Positions 18,500-28,400 of a stretch of DNA of 32,000 nucleotides are shown piece after piece. Position numbers and translations under genes: made by a program. The notes below the pieces were generated by a model. The model was not told the origin of the DNA. It did no database searches and saw only the letters and a program-made list of their open reading frames with translations. The stretch is from Acaryochloris thomasi RCC1774. Its GTDB lineage: Bacteria; Cyanobacteriota; Cyanobacteriia; Thermosynechococcales; Thermosynechococcaceae. Each line of letters starts with the position of its first letter. Positions within the stretch are counted from its first letter, which is position 1. Where the stretch lies: positions 30,001-62,000 of the forward strand of contig NZ_PQWO01000019.1 of the NCBI RefSeq assembly GCF_003231495.1, written 5' to 3'.

Positions 18500-19182
18500 T
18501 AGCGCCGCTGCTGGATATCTAGACCATGCGTATCCGTCCCACAGGTCTGTAGCAGATCATATTGCTCAGCCAGCTGCTGTACCAAACGCGTCTGAACAGG
18601 GCTGGGCCGCCAAGGATCGTTAGATTTATAGCAATAGTAGGTTTCAAGGCCATCAATGCCTAGCGCCACAGCCGCAACCGTCAGATCTTCAGGGGACTTT
18701 CTGTAGCGAACCGGATGAGCCAGCACGGCCAGCCCCCCACTGCGATGGATGGCATTGATCACGGACTCAGCCTGTCCCAGCTCACCCTCGACTCTGTGGC
18801 CCTGCAGGTAAGGCTGTAGGGCAGGGGTTTCAGCCTCAAACCCATAGGCCAAAACGTGAACCTCTGTCTGCGCCAGCCGAGCGGTAATTTCTACCCCTAT
18901 CCACAAGTGCGGCAGCACTTGGTCAACTGGCTGATGCTGGAGCCATTGAGCAGCGGCTTGATACCCTTCAATAGAATGGTGATCCGTAATCGCAAGCCCC
19001 TCAAGCTTGAGCATGGTAGCCTGCTCCATCAGGGCCTCTGGCGGGAGCTGACCATCTGAGCAGCAGGTATGGAGATGAAAGTTATACCGATAGGGACAGC
19101 TCTGCCCATCAATCGTCTGAAAAATATCCACCAGCGAGGGTTGAGCTGCCTGAAAGGCGTCGATAACAGCAATGGAGGACAT
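18499..19182 (-). CDS. PHP domain metal-dependent phosphoesterase (TrpH/YciV-like)
   Basis: 227 aa. Contains the FHLHTCCSDG and AITDHHSIEGY His-rich PHP motifs, AHPVRY, and the C-terminal GTDTHG motif. Confidence 0.8.
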   Translation of the reverse strand: MSSIAVIDAFQAAQPSLVDIFQTIDGQSCPYRYNFHLHTCCSDGQLPPEALMEQATMLKLEGLAITDHHSIEGYQAAAQWLQHQPVDQVLPHLWIGVEITARLAQTEVHVLAYGFEAETPALQPYLQGHRVEGELGQAESVINAIHRSGGLAVLAHPVRYRKSPEDLTVAAVALGIDGLETYYCYKSNDPWRPSPVQTRLVQQLAEQYDLLQTCGTDTHGLDIQQRR

Positions 19183-19265
19183 CTCTAGACCCTAAAATCT
19201 TGCAACCTAACTATATCTCAACGATTCTGCAGCCTGCTTGAGGTTCCTGAGGTTCAGAGCAAACA

Positions 19266-20072
19266 TTAAGCCTCTGACCCCGAAGAAGACGCATCAGGGG
19301 CTGGGACGAGGTAAGCAGCCAAAGCACCAACAAGGAACCCAGCGATATTGCGGGCCAACGGCAGCCACTCAGAGGTGCGACTCACCACAGGGCCAATCCC
19401 GAAGGAAAAGAATAGGATGCCCCACAGCGGCGAAAAAATCAGTGCCCATTGCCAAGCAAAGACCTGTCCCTCTTTGCGAGGGTGGGCCGCAAAGCCACAA
19501 ATAGCGCCCCCCAAGATAGAGGCCACGAAGGTCAATACCCACTGTTCCTGAGGAATTCCTGGAACCGCATTGCAGCCGCCTCGCTCCAAACAGAGCTGCA
19601 CAGAATCAAGGGCCTGAATAATGGCCTGGTCTTCTCCGTTATCGCGGACAAAATACTGATTACCAAAACGGGTCTGTAGCTCAATCCAGAAGGTGCGGGG
19701 CAAGAGCTGATAGACATCATCACCAATATTGAAATTGAGAATATTGCCGCCCCGGGTGTCCTCCACAAGTACGACACTCTTATCGTTCAGTCCCCAGAAG
19801 TTTTTAACCGCTCGCCCCGGTGTCTGATCATACTGGGTCAAAACTCGGAGCTTCCAGCCCGTTTCTTGCTCGAATGCATCGAGTTTGTTGGCAAGATTCT
19901 CGCGCTGCAGGGTGGTGAGAGACTGAGCTAAATCAATAACTGCAGTAGGCTCATCCGGCAACAGGTCAGGATTATCAAAGGCCAGAGCAGGCGGCGCTGG
20001 GAACCAAACGCTGACGGTAATCAAGAGTCCAAGACAGAGGCTAAATAAGCGATTTGTTAAAGGTTGTTTCAT
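19266..20072 (-). CDS. signal-peptide protein with TPM-like lumenal/periplasmic domain and C-terminal TM helices (Psb32/TLP18.3-like topology)
   Basis: The track start at 20093 is TTG. An ATG at 20072 gives MKQPLTNRLFSLCLGLLITVSVWFPAPPALA, a good signal peptide. The soluble domain is followed by 3-4 hydrophobic helices. The domain call is tentative. Confidence 0.45.
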   Translation of the reverse strand: MKQPLTNRLFSLCLGLLITVSVWFPAPPALAFDNPDLLPDEPTAVIDLAQSLTTLQRENLANKLDAFEQETGWKLRVLTQYDQTPGRAVKNFWGLNDKSVVLVEDTRGGNILNFNIGDDVYQLLPRTFWIELQTRFGNQYFVRDNGEDQAIIQALDSVQLCLERGGCNAVPGIPQEQWVLTFVASILGGAICGFAAHPRKEGQVFAWQWALIFSPLWGILFFSFGIGPVVSRTSEWLPLARNIAGFLVGALAAYLVPAPDASSSGSEA

Positions 20073-20541
20073 TGAATTAGCGTAAATGGGCAACAGCTCA
20101 AGGCTGAGGAGCGGTAATTAGTTAAAGAATCTTAACAGTCGGTTAATTTATCTTCAATAATAAGACGAATTTAGGGGGCTGGCTATTTTATGTGATCCCT
20201 CTAGAGCCAGAGTGGGTACCCTACTGGGCAACAAGGTTCTATTTTCGCTACCACAATGAAACATTAGAGTGGCGAAATCAGTCATCTACTCACAGGAGGA
20301 GAACACCCCTAAAGCATTACGGTTATTGGCACCCATAGGGCTTTGTCAGAATCGAATAGGATGACCTATGATTAAAGGGCAAACTCATACTGACTTCGCC
20401 TTTAGGGAGGAGGTCAGGGAAGTGCAAAATTCAGTCCTACGGCTAAAGGAGCTCCCGGTTGACTTAGAGACACCATAACGACCTATTGAGGAAGCCTCTT
20501 GCTTCCTAGTTGTTGAACCCGACTGTTTGAGGGGAACCTAA

Positions 20542-21525
20542 ATGCCAAAAGTAAAACGTGAAACAAAGCCCAAAAATGCCCTAGCCGGGACAGATATGGT
20601 GCGCACTTATCTGCATGAGATCGGTCGCGTACCGCTGCTGACCCACGAGCAAGAGATTATTTTTGGTAAGCAGGTTCAGAAGCTGATGGCCCTCATGCAG
20701 CTACAGAAGGATTTGGTTGAGTCTTTGGACCGTGAGCCGACGTTAGCAGAATGGTCCAAGAAGGCCGAAACGAGCGAAGCGGATCTGTCGATGACGCTGC
20801 AGCAGGGCAAACATGCCAAGCAAAAAATGATTGAGGCCAATCTTCGTCTGGTGGTGTCGGTAGCGAAGAAGTACCAAAAGCGCAATCTGGAGCTGCTGGA
20901 TTTAATTCAAGAAGGAACGCTGGGTCTTGAGCGCGGTGTCGAGAAGTTTGATCCGATGCGGGGCTATAAGTTCTCAACCTATGCTTACTGGTGGATTCGG
21001 CAGGCGATTACTCGTGCGATCGCACAGCAGGCCCGCACCATCCGGCTACCGATCCACATTACTGAGAAGCTCAACAAAATCAAAAAAGCCCAGCGAGAGC
21101 TATCGCAGCGACTGGGCCGCAGTGCCACACCCGCAGAAATTGCCAAGGAGCTGGAATTAGAACCCGCGCAGATTCGTGAATATCTCACCATTGCGCGACA
21201 GCCTATTTCTCTTGATTTGCGCGTCGGTGACAACCAAGATACCGAGCTGCGCGATCTATTAGAAGATGATGGGCAATCGCCAGAGCAGTTTACCGCAGGC
21301 GAAGCACTTAAAGATGATATGTCTCAGTTGCTGGCAGAGCTAACGCCCCAGCAGCAGGAAGTTTTGACGCTGCGATTCGGATTAGACAACGGTAAGGAAT
21401 TATCGTTAGCGAAGGTGGGTCAGCGCTTGAGCCTCAGCCGTGAGCGGGTACGTCAGCTAGAGCGGCAGGCGCTCGATCAGCTCCGTCGTCGGAAGACACG
21501 AGTGCGCGAATATCTCGCCAGTTAA
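20542..21525 (+). CDS. group 2 (RpoD/SigA-family) RNA polymerase sigma factor
   Basis: 327 aa. Contains [17 protein letters not shown], region 2 [40 protein letters not shown]...[14 protein letters not shown], and the region 4 [26 protein letters not shown] lies upstream of the ATG. Confidence 0.9.
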   Translation: MPKVKRETKPKNALAGTDMVRTYLHEIGRVPLLTHEQEIIFGKQVQKLMALMQLQKDLVESLDREPTLAEWSKKAETSEADLSMTLQQGKHAKQKMIEANLRLVVSVAKKYQKRNLELLDLIQEGTLGLERGVEKFDPMRGYKFSTYAYWWIRQAITRAIAQQARTIRLPIHITEKLNKIKKAQRELSQRLGRSATPAEIAKELELEPAQIREYLTIARQPISLDLRVGDNQDTELRDLLEDDGQSPEQFTAGEALKDDMSQLLAELTPQQQEVLTLRFGLDNGKELSLAKVGQRLSLSRERVRQLERQALDQLRRRKTRVREYLAS

Positions 21526-21555
21526 GCTTCAAACTCTCTAAATAGAACGAAGATT

Positions 21556-21588
21556 TCCCCTTGTGGTGACCCGCAAGGGGATTCTTTT
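21556..21588 (+). terminator. rho-independent terminator of the group 2 sigma gene
   Basis: TCCCCTTGTGG-TGAC-CCGCAAGGGGA forms an 11-bp stem with one G-U pair, followed by TTCTTTT. Confidence 0.75.
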
Positions 21589-21623
21589 AAAGCAGATGAC
21601 CAACGATGTATATTTGAACCCCC

Positions 21624-22250
21624 ATGACGGTTATTGCTTTTGACTTAGACGGCACTCTTAGCGATCCGGCAGTCGGAATTACGGCTTCAATCAACTATGC
21701 ATTAGAGAACCTAGGCGCTGCCCAGCAGACTCCAGAAAGCTTGACCCAGTATATTGGCCCACCACTAGATGAGATATTCTCTACCCTTTTGAAAACCGAG
21801 AATACAGCCATTATCGAACAGGCTATTTCATCCTATCGAGAACGATATTTCTCTATTGGATATACAGAGAACATTTTATATACAGGGGTACGTGGTGTTC
21901 TATCTAATCTCGTGCAGAATGGAGACAGACTATACATTGCAACATCGAAGAGAACTGATATCGCAAAAGCGGTGGTTGAATATCTCGAGCTTCAATCTTA
22001 CTTTGTACAGGTTTTAGGCTGCGGGCGGAAACGGCAGAAACATGAGCTACTGCAAGAAATTATAGGTAAAGAGAGTGCTTTTGCCCTTGTTATGATTGGA
22101 GATCGCTCTCATGATATGCACGCTGGCCGTAGCGTTTCAGCAACCTGCATCGGCGTTTTATGGGGATATGGAAGCGCTGCCGAACTAAAGCACTCAGGTG
22201 CAGAGATCTTGCTCCAGCATCCTCAGGAGATATTGGGTTACCTTACCTAA
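21624..22250 (+). CDS. HAD family hydrolase (phosphoglycolate-phosphatase-like subfamily IA)
   Basis: Motif I FDLDGTLSD, motif II ATSK, and motif IV GDRSHD. 208 aa. Confidence 0.8.
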   Translation: MTVIAFDLDGTLSDPAVGITASINYALENLGAAQQTPESLTQYIGPPLDEIFSTLLKTENTAIIEQAISSYRERYFSIGYTENILYTGVRGVLSNLVQNGDRLYIATSKRTDIAKAVVEYLELQSYFVQVLGCGRKRQKHELLQEIIGKESAFALVMIGDRSHDMHAGRSVSATCIGVLWGYGSAAELKHSGAEILLQHPQEILGYLT

Positions 22251-22270
22251 AGCACTAGAGGGAAAAAGAA

Positions 22271-23488
22271 ATGGCAGAGGTTGTCATTGTGGGGGCGGGT
22301 CCGACAGGGGCAACACTCGCTTTGCTGCTGACAAGACAGGGCATTCCCGTGACGCTCATTGAGGCGGCCAAGGACTTTAAAAGAGTGTTTCGGGGCGAAG
22401 GCTTAATGCCGAGCGGCTTAGATGCCCTGGAGCAAATGGATTTGTCCGAAGTTTTGAACCAGATTCCAACCCGCCCTCTGACGGGCTGGGAATTTATCAT
22501 CGATCAGAATCAGCTCTTTCGCGTAGAAGAGCCAATGGGAGCCGATCAACCTTGCACCCTTGTGTCGCAACCGCCTTTTCTAGAGGCCCTGATTGCTGAG
22601 GCACAGCGTTATACAACATTTGAGTTTATACAAGGTATACCCGTCAAAGATTTACGACGGCGCTCCCCAGTTGAAGGTGAGGAGATCGAGCATCCTCAAA
22701 TTACAGGCGTCACGCTAGCAGACGGACGAGAGATATCTGCAGCTCTCGTCGTCGGAGCAGATGGCCGGAACTCGATTGTGCGACAGCGGGCCGGACTGCA
22801 GTTGGTTAGCCAGCCCAACGACATAAATATCCTGTGGTTCAAGCTTCCTGCCCATCCACGTTTCATCGAGGATAATGTTTTTTGCTCGATTCTCAACGCA
22901 GGCTCTGTCTTCAGCATCTTTCACGGAGCAGAGGCAGGAAAGCTCCATCTCGCATGGGTATTATCGGCAGATGACAAAATAGACCGACAAAATCAAGACT
23001 GGGCAGAGACTTTTGCCTCTCTATCGCCTGCGTGGTTGGCGACACATTTCCGTGGCTGCGCCAATCAGGTAGAGCCTCCAATAAGGCTGACGGTGGTGGT
23101 GGGTCGGTGTCCAAGCTGGCACCAAACGGGCATCTTACTACTGGGGGATGCGGCTCATCCAATGTCTCCGGTGCGCGCCCAAGGGATTAATTTGGCGCTT
23201 CGAGACGTCATTGTTGCTGCCAACTACCTTGTGCCTCAACTAAAGGCAGAAAAGTCCCTTGACTCAGTGCTGCCCAAAATTCAAGCGGAACGGGAACCAG
23301 AGATTATCCGTGCTCAACATCTGCAAAAGCAAGAGGCGCGTCAAGGAGAGCTGTTGAAGAGCAATGGGGTGTTGCGATCGCTTCTTCATCAATTTGCTCC
23401 CTTGATCCGACCAGCCGCTCGATATTCTTGGATCAAACGGCAGCAACAGATGCGTCAGGGTGTCACACAGGTAAAACTAGCAATTTAA
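22271..23488 (+). CDS. FAD-dependent monooxygenase (PHBH/UbiH-like fold)
   Basis: N-terminal VVIVGAGPTGATLALLL...V.LIE, and the later LLGDAAHPMSPVRAQGINLALRD motif. 405 aa. Confidence 0.85.
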   Translation: MAEVVIVGAGPTGATLALLLTRQGIPVTLIEAAKDFKRVFRGEGLMPSGLDALEQMDLSEVLNQIPTRPLTGWEFIIDQNQLFRVEEPMGADQPCTLVSQPPFLEALIAEAQRYTTFEFIQGIPVKDLRRRSPVEGEEIEHPQITGVTLADGREISAALVVGADGRNSIVRQRAGLQLVSQPNDINILWFKLPAHPRFIEDNVFCSILNAGSVFSIFHGAEAGKLHLAWVLSADDKIDRQNQDWAETFASLSPAWLATHFRGCANQVEPPIRLTVVVGRCPSWHQTGILLLGDAAHPMSPVRAQGINLALRDVIVAANYLVPQLKAEKSLDSVLPKIQAEREPEIIRAQHLQKQEARQGELLKSNGVLRSLLHQFAPLIRPAARYSWIKRQQQMRQGVTQVKLAI

Positions 23489-23825
23489 AGACCAAGCTTA
23501 AACTCGACCAAACGCACTCCCTCCATACAGATACCGACGACTATGCCCGACCTGATTGACATACTCTATTGGCTAATAACGCCATGTGGCCTTACGGGCT
23601 TTTGGTTTTACAGACGACAGAAATTGCAGCTTTCTGAGATCCTTCAATACGGGTCTAATTTTTTCAAACAAGTGATGCTCAAATCGCCTTCATCCCCAAA
23701 AAAGAGCAACTCCTAGACAGAATCACCTCTTTTTACTCCTTGAACTATCGGACAAAATGCCCCCAAACACTGGTGATTAGCCCCAGTTCGTGTTACGAGA
23801 GGAGCAACCCATCAACTAGCCCACA

Positions 23826-24560
23826 ATGCCCAAGCCACATCAAGCCGAACTGATCTATCAATATCCGCCCCTGTCTTCAGGAACACTCATTAAACGGTAT
23901 AAGCGTTTTTTTGCCGACATTGAACTTGATAGTGGTGAAGTCGTCACAGCACACTGCCCCAATACCGGACCCATGACAGGAATTTACATTCCTGGCAACC
24001 GCGTATGGATCTCTCACAGCGATAACCCCAAACGGAAGCTGAAATATACCTGGGAACTGATCGAGGTTGACGATAACGGTCCTGCTTGGGTGGGAGTCAA
24101 TACCATGCTGCCCAACCGTGTGACAAAGCTATTGCTAGAAAAACGCTGTATTCCTGAGTTAGCTGATTTTGAGCAGCTCAAAACTGAAGTGCCCTACGGC
24201 CAAGAGAAAAGCCGCGTTGATTTCTTACTCACTGATGCAGCAGGGCAGCGCACCTATGTAGAAGTCAAAAATACAACCTGGGTTGAGGGACAGAAAGCCT
24301 TGTTCCCTGATACGGTTACCACGCGGGGACAAAAACATTTGCGAGAAATGACGGCTCTACTCCCACAGGAACGAGCCTGTATGCTGTACTTCATTAATCG
24401 GGGCGACTGCACTTCCTTTGCACCCGGCGATACGACGGATCCACACTATGGTCAGCTCCTGCGCGAGGCAGTAGATGCCGGGATGAAAGTATTCCCCTGC
24501 CGGTTTGATGTTTCCCCTGAGGGACTTACCTTTCAAGGCTTAGCAACACTCGATTTATAA
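23826..24560 (+). CDS. sfsA: DNA/RNA nuclease SfsA (sugar fermentation stimulation protein A)
   Basis: 244 aa. Contains GTLIKRYKRFFADIELDSGEVVTAHCPNTGPM..., the YVEVKNTT motif and the TTRGQKHLRE motif, all characteristic of SfsA. Confidence 0.9.
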   Translation: MPKPHQAELIYQYPPLSSGTLIKRYKRFFADIELDSGEVVTAHCPNTGPMTGIYIPGNRVWISHSDNPKRKLKYTWELIEVDDNGPAWVGVNTMLPNRVTKLLLEKRCIPELADFEQLKTEVPYGQEKSRVDFLLTDAAGQRTYVEVKNTTWVEGQKALFPDTVTTRGQKHLREMTALLPQERACMLYFINRGDCTSFAPGDTTDPHYGQLLREAVDAGMKVFPCRFDVSPEGLTFQGLATLDL

Positions 24561-24645
24561 AAGATTGCCCCTCATAAACATCCATTTCAATTGTTTGCCC
24601 GTATTACTAATGGAGGCAATGCACCTCACGTGAGGAGAGAACATT

Positions 24646-25119
24646 ATGAAATCAAAGAATATTCTGATGCTAGCAATTGGAATCGCAATTATTCCTGCTG
24701 CTGCAATTTTTGCAAACCAGAGCGGCAAGATTGATGCTCAAAGCATTGTGGTGGAACAGAGCGAACAGCCCACGGCTCAGGCAGATCCTATAGAAAGCGA
24801 TAAGCTTGAGGTGCAGAATGTCATGAAACAGTACGTTCAAGGTTTAACGGCTGACAATGACCTGATGCCTATTATCTACAAAGGCAAGGTGCTGCAGCTT
24901 AAACTCGCGACCAGCGAAAAGTATCCTGACGGGTTTCATGCTGGCGTCTCGAATCAGGGCAACCTTTACACAAGCTGTGCTGATTTTGTTGATTCAAAAA
25001 CCGGTGACAAGTATGACATCGACTTCTTAGTCAGCAAGTCTGACGGCAAGCTTCAACTGGTTCAACCCTTTGTTCACAGCGTCAATGGCGTCAAAAACCC
25101 CTACGATCTAGAGCACTAG
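24646..25119 (+). CDS. hypothetical secreted protein (157 aa)
   Basis: A GAGGAGAG lies upstream of the ATG. The N-terminus is signal-peptide-like (MKSKNILMLAIGIAIIPAAAIFA). A strong hairpin follows the gene. No family recognised. Confidence 0.5.
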   Translation: MKSKNILMLAIGIAIIPAAAIFANQSGKIDAQSIVVEQSEQPTAQADPIESDKLEVQNVMKQYVQGLTADNDLMPIIYKGKVLQLKLATSEKYPDGFHAGVSNQGNLYTSCADFVDSKTGDKYDIDFLVSKSDGKLQLVQPFVHSVNGVKNPYDLEH

Positions 25120-25140
25120 ACGCTCTGGACATATCAAAGA

Positions 25141-25172
25141 AAAACCCCTCAGTTCGATGGCTGAGGGGTTTT
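25141..25172. terminator. bidirectional rho-independent terminator between convergent genes
   Basis: AAAACCCCTCAG-TTCGATGG-CTGAGGGGTTTT forms a 12-bp stem, with an A-run on one side and a T-run on the other. It can serve both the 157-aa gene (+) and hli (-). Confidence 0.7.
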
Positions 25173-25214
25173 GATAATCAATGATTTTTTGGAATCAAGT
25201 AGAAAATCCTCTGA

Positions 25215-25367
25215 TTAGAAGTTGTTGAGGATTGAAGAGACTTGACCAATGATGCCTTGGCCGGTGAGGGCTTCAGTTGCAAGTGCAAGCACAAAGCCTA
25301 ACATTGCCAACCGGCCGTTGAGTAGCTCATTTTCGATATTAAATCTTCCAGTATTCTCTTGAGTCAT
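25215..25367 (-). CDS. hli: high-light-inducible protein (HLIP, CAB/ELIP/HLIP superfamily)
   Basis: Single-helix chlorophyll-binding motif ENELLNGRLAMLGFVLALATEALTG. The track ORF extends to a GTG at 25409. I prefer the ATG at 25367 (50 aa, with a GGAG 9 nt upstream). Confidence 0.8.
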   Translation of the reverse strand: MTQENTGRFNIENELLNGRLAMLGFVLALATEALTGQGIIGQVSSILNNF

Positions 25368-25483
25368 GATCTGTTGCTCCGTAAATGCGTTGAGTGAATC
25401 TTTGATCACTATAACGTAAACTTTTATTTCGTGTGGTTGACCAATTCGTCTTTATGTAGGTCTCCTGACATTCTCTGTGATTG

Positions 25484-28400
25484 TTATCGCTGAGATGCCC
25501 CCGTGGAGGTAGGGCTAGGCTCTAGTGCTGGCCTGTCAGAATCGGGATGTCTTGGCCGAATGTGATCAACTAAGCCCTTAATCACAATATAAAGGATGGG
25601 AACGACAAACAGACTTAAAAACGTAGCAATGAACATGCCGCCAAAGACTGCCGTACCTAGAGATCGACGACTAGCTGCTCCAGCTCCAGAGGCAATCACT
25701 AAAGGAAAAATACCAATTAGCGTCGAAATAGCCGTCATCAAAATAGGACGCAGCCGCTGCTGAGCTGCTTCAAAAGCGGCCTTGCGGATCGGCAGCCCCT
25801 GTTCTCGCAATAGATTGGCAAACTCAACAATCAGGATCGAGTTCTTGCTCGCCAAACCAATCAGCATCACTAGCCCAATTTGACAGTAGACATCGTTGGG
25901 TAGTCCTCGTATTGACTGAGCAATCAGAGCGCCCAGAACGGCTAAAGGCACCGACAGCATGATGATGGTGGGATCGACAAAGCTCTCGTATTGAGCCGCT
26001 AGCACCAAAAAGACTAAAAACAGACCCAGGCCAAAGATGATTGCAGCCTGCCCTCCAGACTCAATCTCTTCTAATGAAGTGCCCGACCACTCGTACCCTA
26101 ATCCAGGAGGGAGGGTTTGGTCAGCCACCGTTTCCATCGCCTTGATCACCTGACCGGAACTTGCGCCCGGGGCAGGTATCCCGTTGATTTCAATGGAGCG
26201 GTTGAGATTGTAGTGATTAATGGTTTGAGCACCGGTTTGAGTCGTTGTTGTGACAAGGTTACTCAGAGGAATAATCTGATCGTCATTGGAGCGCACGTAG
26301 AGGTTATTGATGTCTTCTGGATTAGACCGGAACTGCTCGTCTGCCTGCACATAAACGCGATAGGTGCGGCGTCCAAGGGTGAAATTATTGACAAACTGAG
26401 AGCCGAGATAGGTCTGGAGGGTATTGAAAATATCGTCAATATCGACCTGAAGAGACTTCGCTTGATCACGGTTAATGTCCACTTCAATTTGAGGCGTGTT
26501 GGCAGCATAGGTGCTGAAAGCTGCTGCGATCTCGGGTCGCTGATTAGCGGCCCCTAATAACGCCCCCATATTTTCGACGAGCTGACTGATTTCAAGATTG
26601 CCTCGGCGATCTTGAAGTTGAAACTGAAAACCGCCAAAGCTGCCTAAACCTTGAATCGAGGGCGGATTGAGCGGCAAGATATTGGCCTCAGAGATTTGAG
26701 ATAGCTCACCCTGCACACGCCCAATAATAGCCAGGGCTGATTTCTCAGGATCTTTGCGCTCAGACCAAGGTTTGAGGGTTGTAAAAATGATGCCACTATT
26801 CGCTGTACTGCCACTAAACCCAAACCCGCCGACGGCAAAGGTAGCCCGCACTTCGGGAATCGGCAGCAGTTTCTCTTCGATCTGCCGCATCACATCGCTG
26901 GTGTAGTTGAGCGACACGCCTTCAGGACCACGAACAAGCGTAATGAAATAGCCTTGATCTTCGTCTGGTAAGAAAGCCGAAGGAACGGTCTGATAGAGCC
27001 ACGCCGTCAAAGCGAGCAGCGCTGCAAAGATAGCGAGGACAAGGTACTTGAACCGATTCATCCACTGGAGCGATCGCCCGTAGACCCGCCTCATGCTGTC
27101 TAGGAATCGATTAAATTGCCGAAAGCCCCATCTCAGCCATCCCAGCCAGTCAGGAAGGGTTGCATTTCGTCGCAGCAGTAGCCCTGACAGGGTTGGCGTC
27201 AACGTCAGAGCGTTGAAGGTGGAGACTGCAATAGCAAAGGCAATCGTGAGTGCAAACTGGCGATATAGCGCCCCCGTCGTCCCAGGGAAAAACGCCACCG
27301 GAATAAACACTGCCATCAACACTAGCGAGGTGGCAATCACCGCGCCCGTTAACTCTTTCATTGCTTCCAGCGCGGCCAGCTTTGGATCCATACCTCGATT
27401 CTGGATGCGATCGGAGATATCTTCGACAATAACAATGGCATCATCCACTACCATTCCGGTGGCGAGTGTGAGACCAAACAACGTCAGGCTATTAATCGAA
27501 AAGCCAAAGATTTTAATGAACGCAAAGGTGCCAATCAGCGAAATGGGAATCGTGATGGCAGGAATAATAGTGGTGCGCCAGTCCTGCAAAAAGACAAAGA
27601 TTACTAAGACCACCAAGCCCACAGCCTGCACCAAGGTCCAGATGACGCCCACCAAGGACTGCTCAACAAAATCTGTGGTGTCGAAACCGATATCGTAAAT
27701 CATCCCAGGAGGGAAGTCCTGAGACAGCTCCTCCATGGTCGCTTTGACGCCCCGCGCGACCTCTAGTGCATTACTCCCTGGAATCTGGACAATTCCTAGA
27801 CCCACTGCCTCATTACCGCGAAATCGCAGGAAGGTACTGTAGTTTTCTGCCCCTAGCTCGGCCCGCCCAACGTCAGAAAGCTTAACCAGATTGCCGCTGT
27901 CACCTGTGGCAATCACCAAATCTTCGAATTCAGAGACGTTTCTAAGCTGGCTAATCGCCCGCAGATCAAGCTGAAACTGCTGTGTGCTATCGATAGGAGG
28001 CTGACCAATCTGCCCTGCTCCCACCTGAATGTTTTGCTCTTGGAGCGCATCAACCACATCTTGAGCCGTAAGGTTGCGGCTGGCTAGGCGATTAGGGTCC
28101 AGCCACAGCCGCATCGCATACTTTCGTTCTCCAAAAATCTGAACGTTGCCGACCCCGTCGACGCTTTTAAGGGCGTTAACAACATAAAGATCGGCATAAT
28201 TGCTCAAGAACGTACTGTCGTATTCTTTCGTGTCACTGTAGAGCCCGAAACCCAGCAGAAAATTACTGGACTCCTTGCTGACGCTAACCCCTGTTTGCAG
28301 CACCGTATCTGGAAGCTGTGGCTCTGCTAGGGACACACGATTTTGGACATCAACGGCTGCAATATCTTGATCGCGGGTGGACTCAAAGGTCGCAGTAATC

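Noticed and set aside
25414-25435. A possible HLR1 (RpaB) element upstream of hli, based on a GTTTAC half-site on the minus strand
   Set aside because: Only one approximate half-site is present. The expected second direct repeat 10 bp away is absent.
27093-27698. A 201-aa plus-strand ORF inside the RND gene, and similar antisense ORFs inside acs (10156-11335), the adaptor gene (28768-29079), clpB (30905-31192, 31625-31903) and other genes
   Set aside because: These are shadow ORFs antisense to strongly supported genes. They are Arg/Ser/Pro/Ala-rich with low-complexity composition and carry no motifs.
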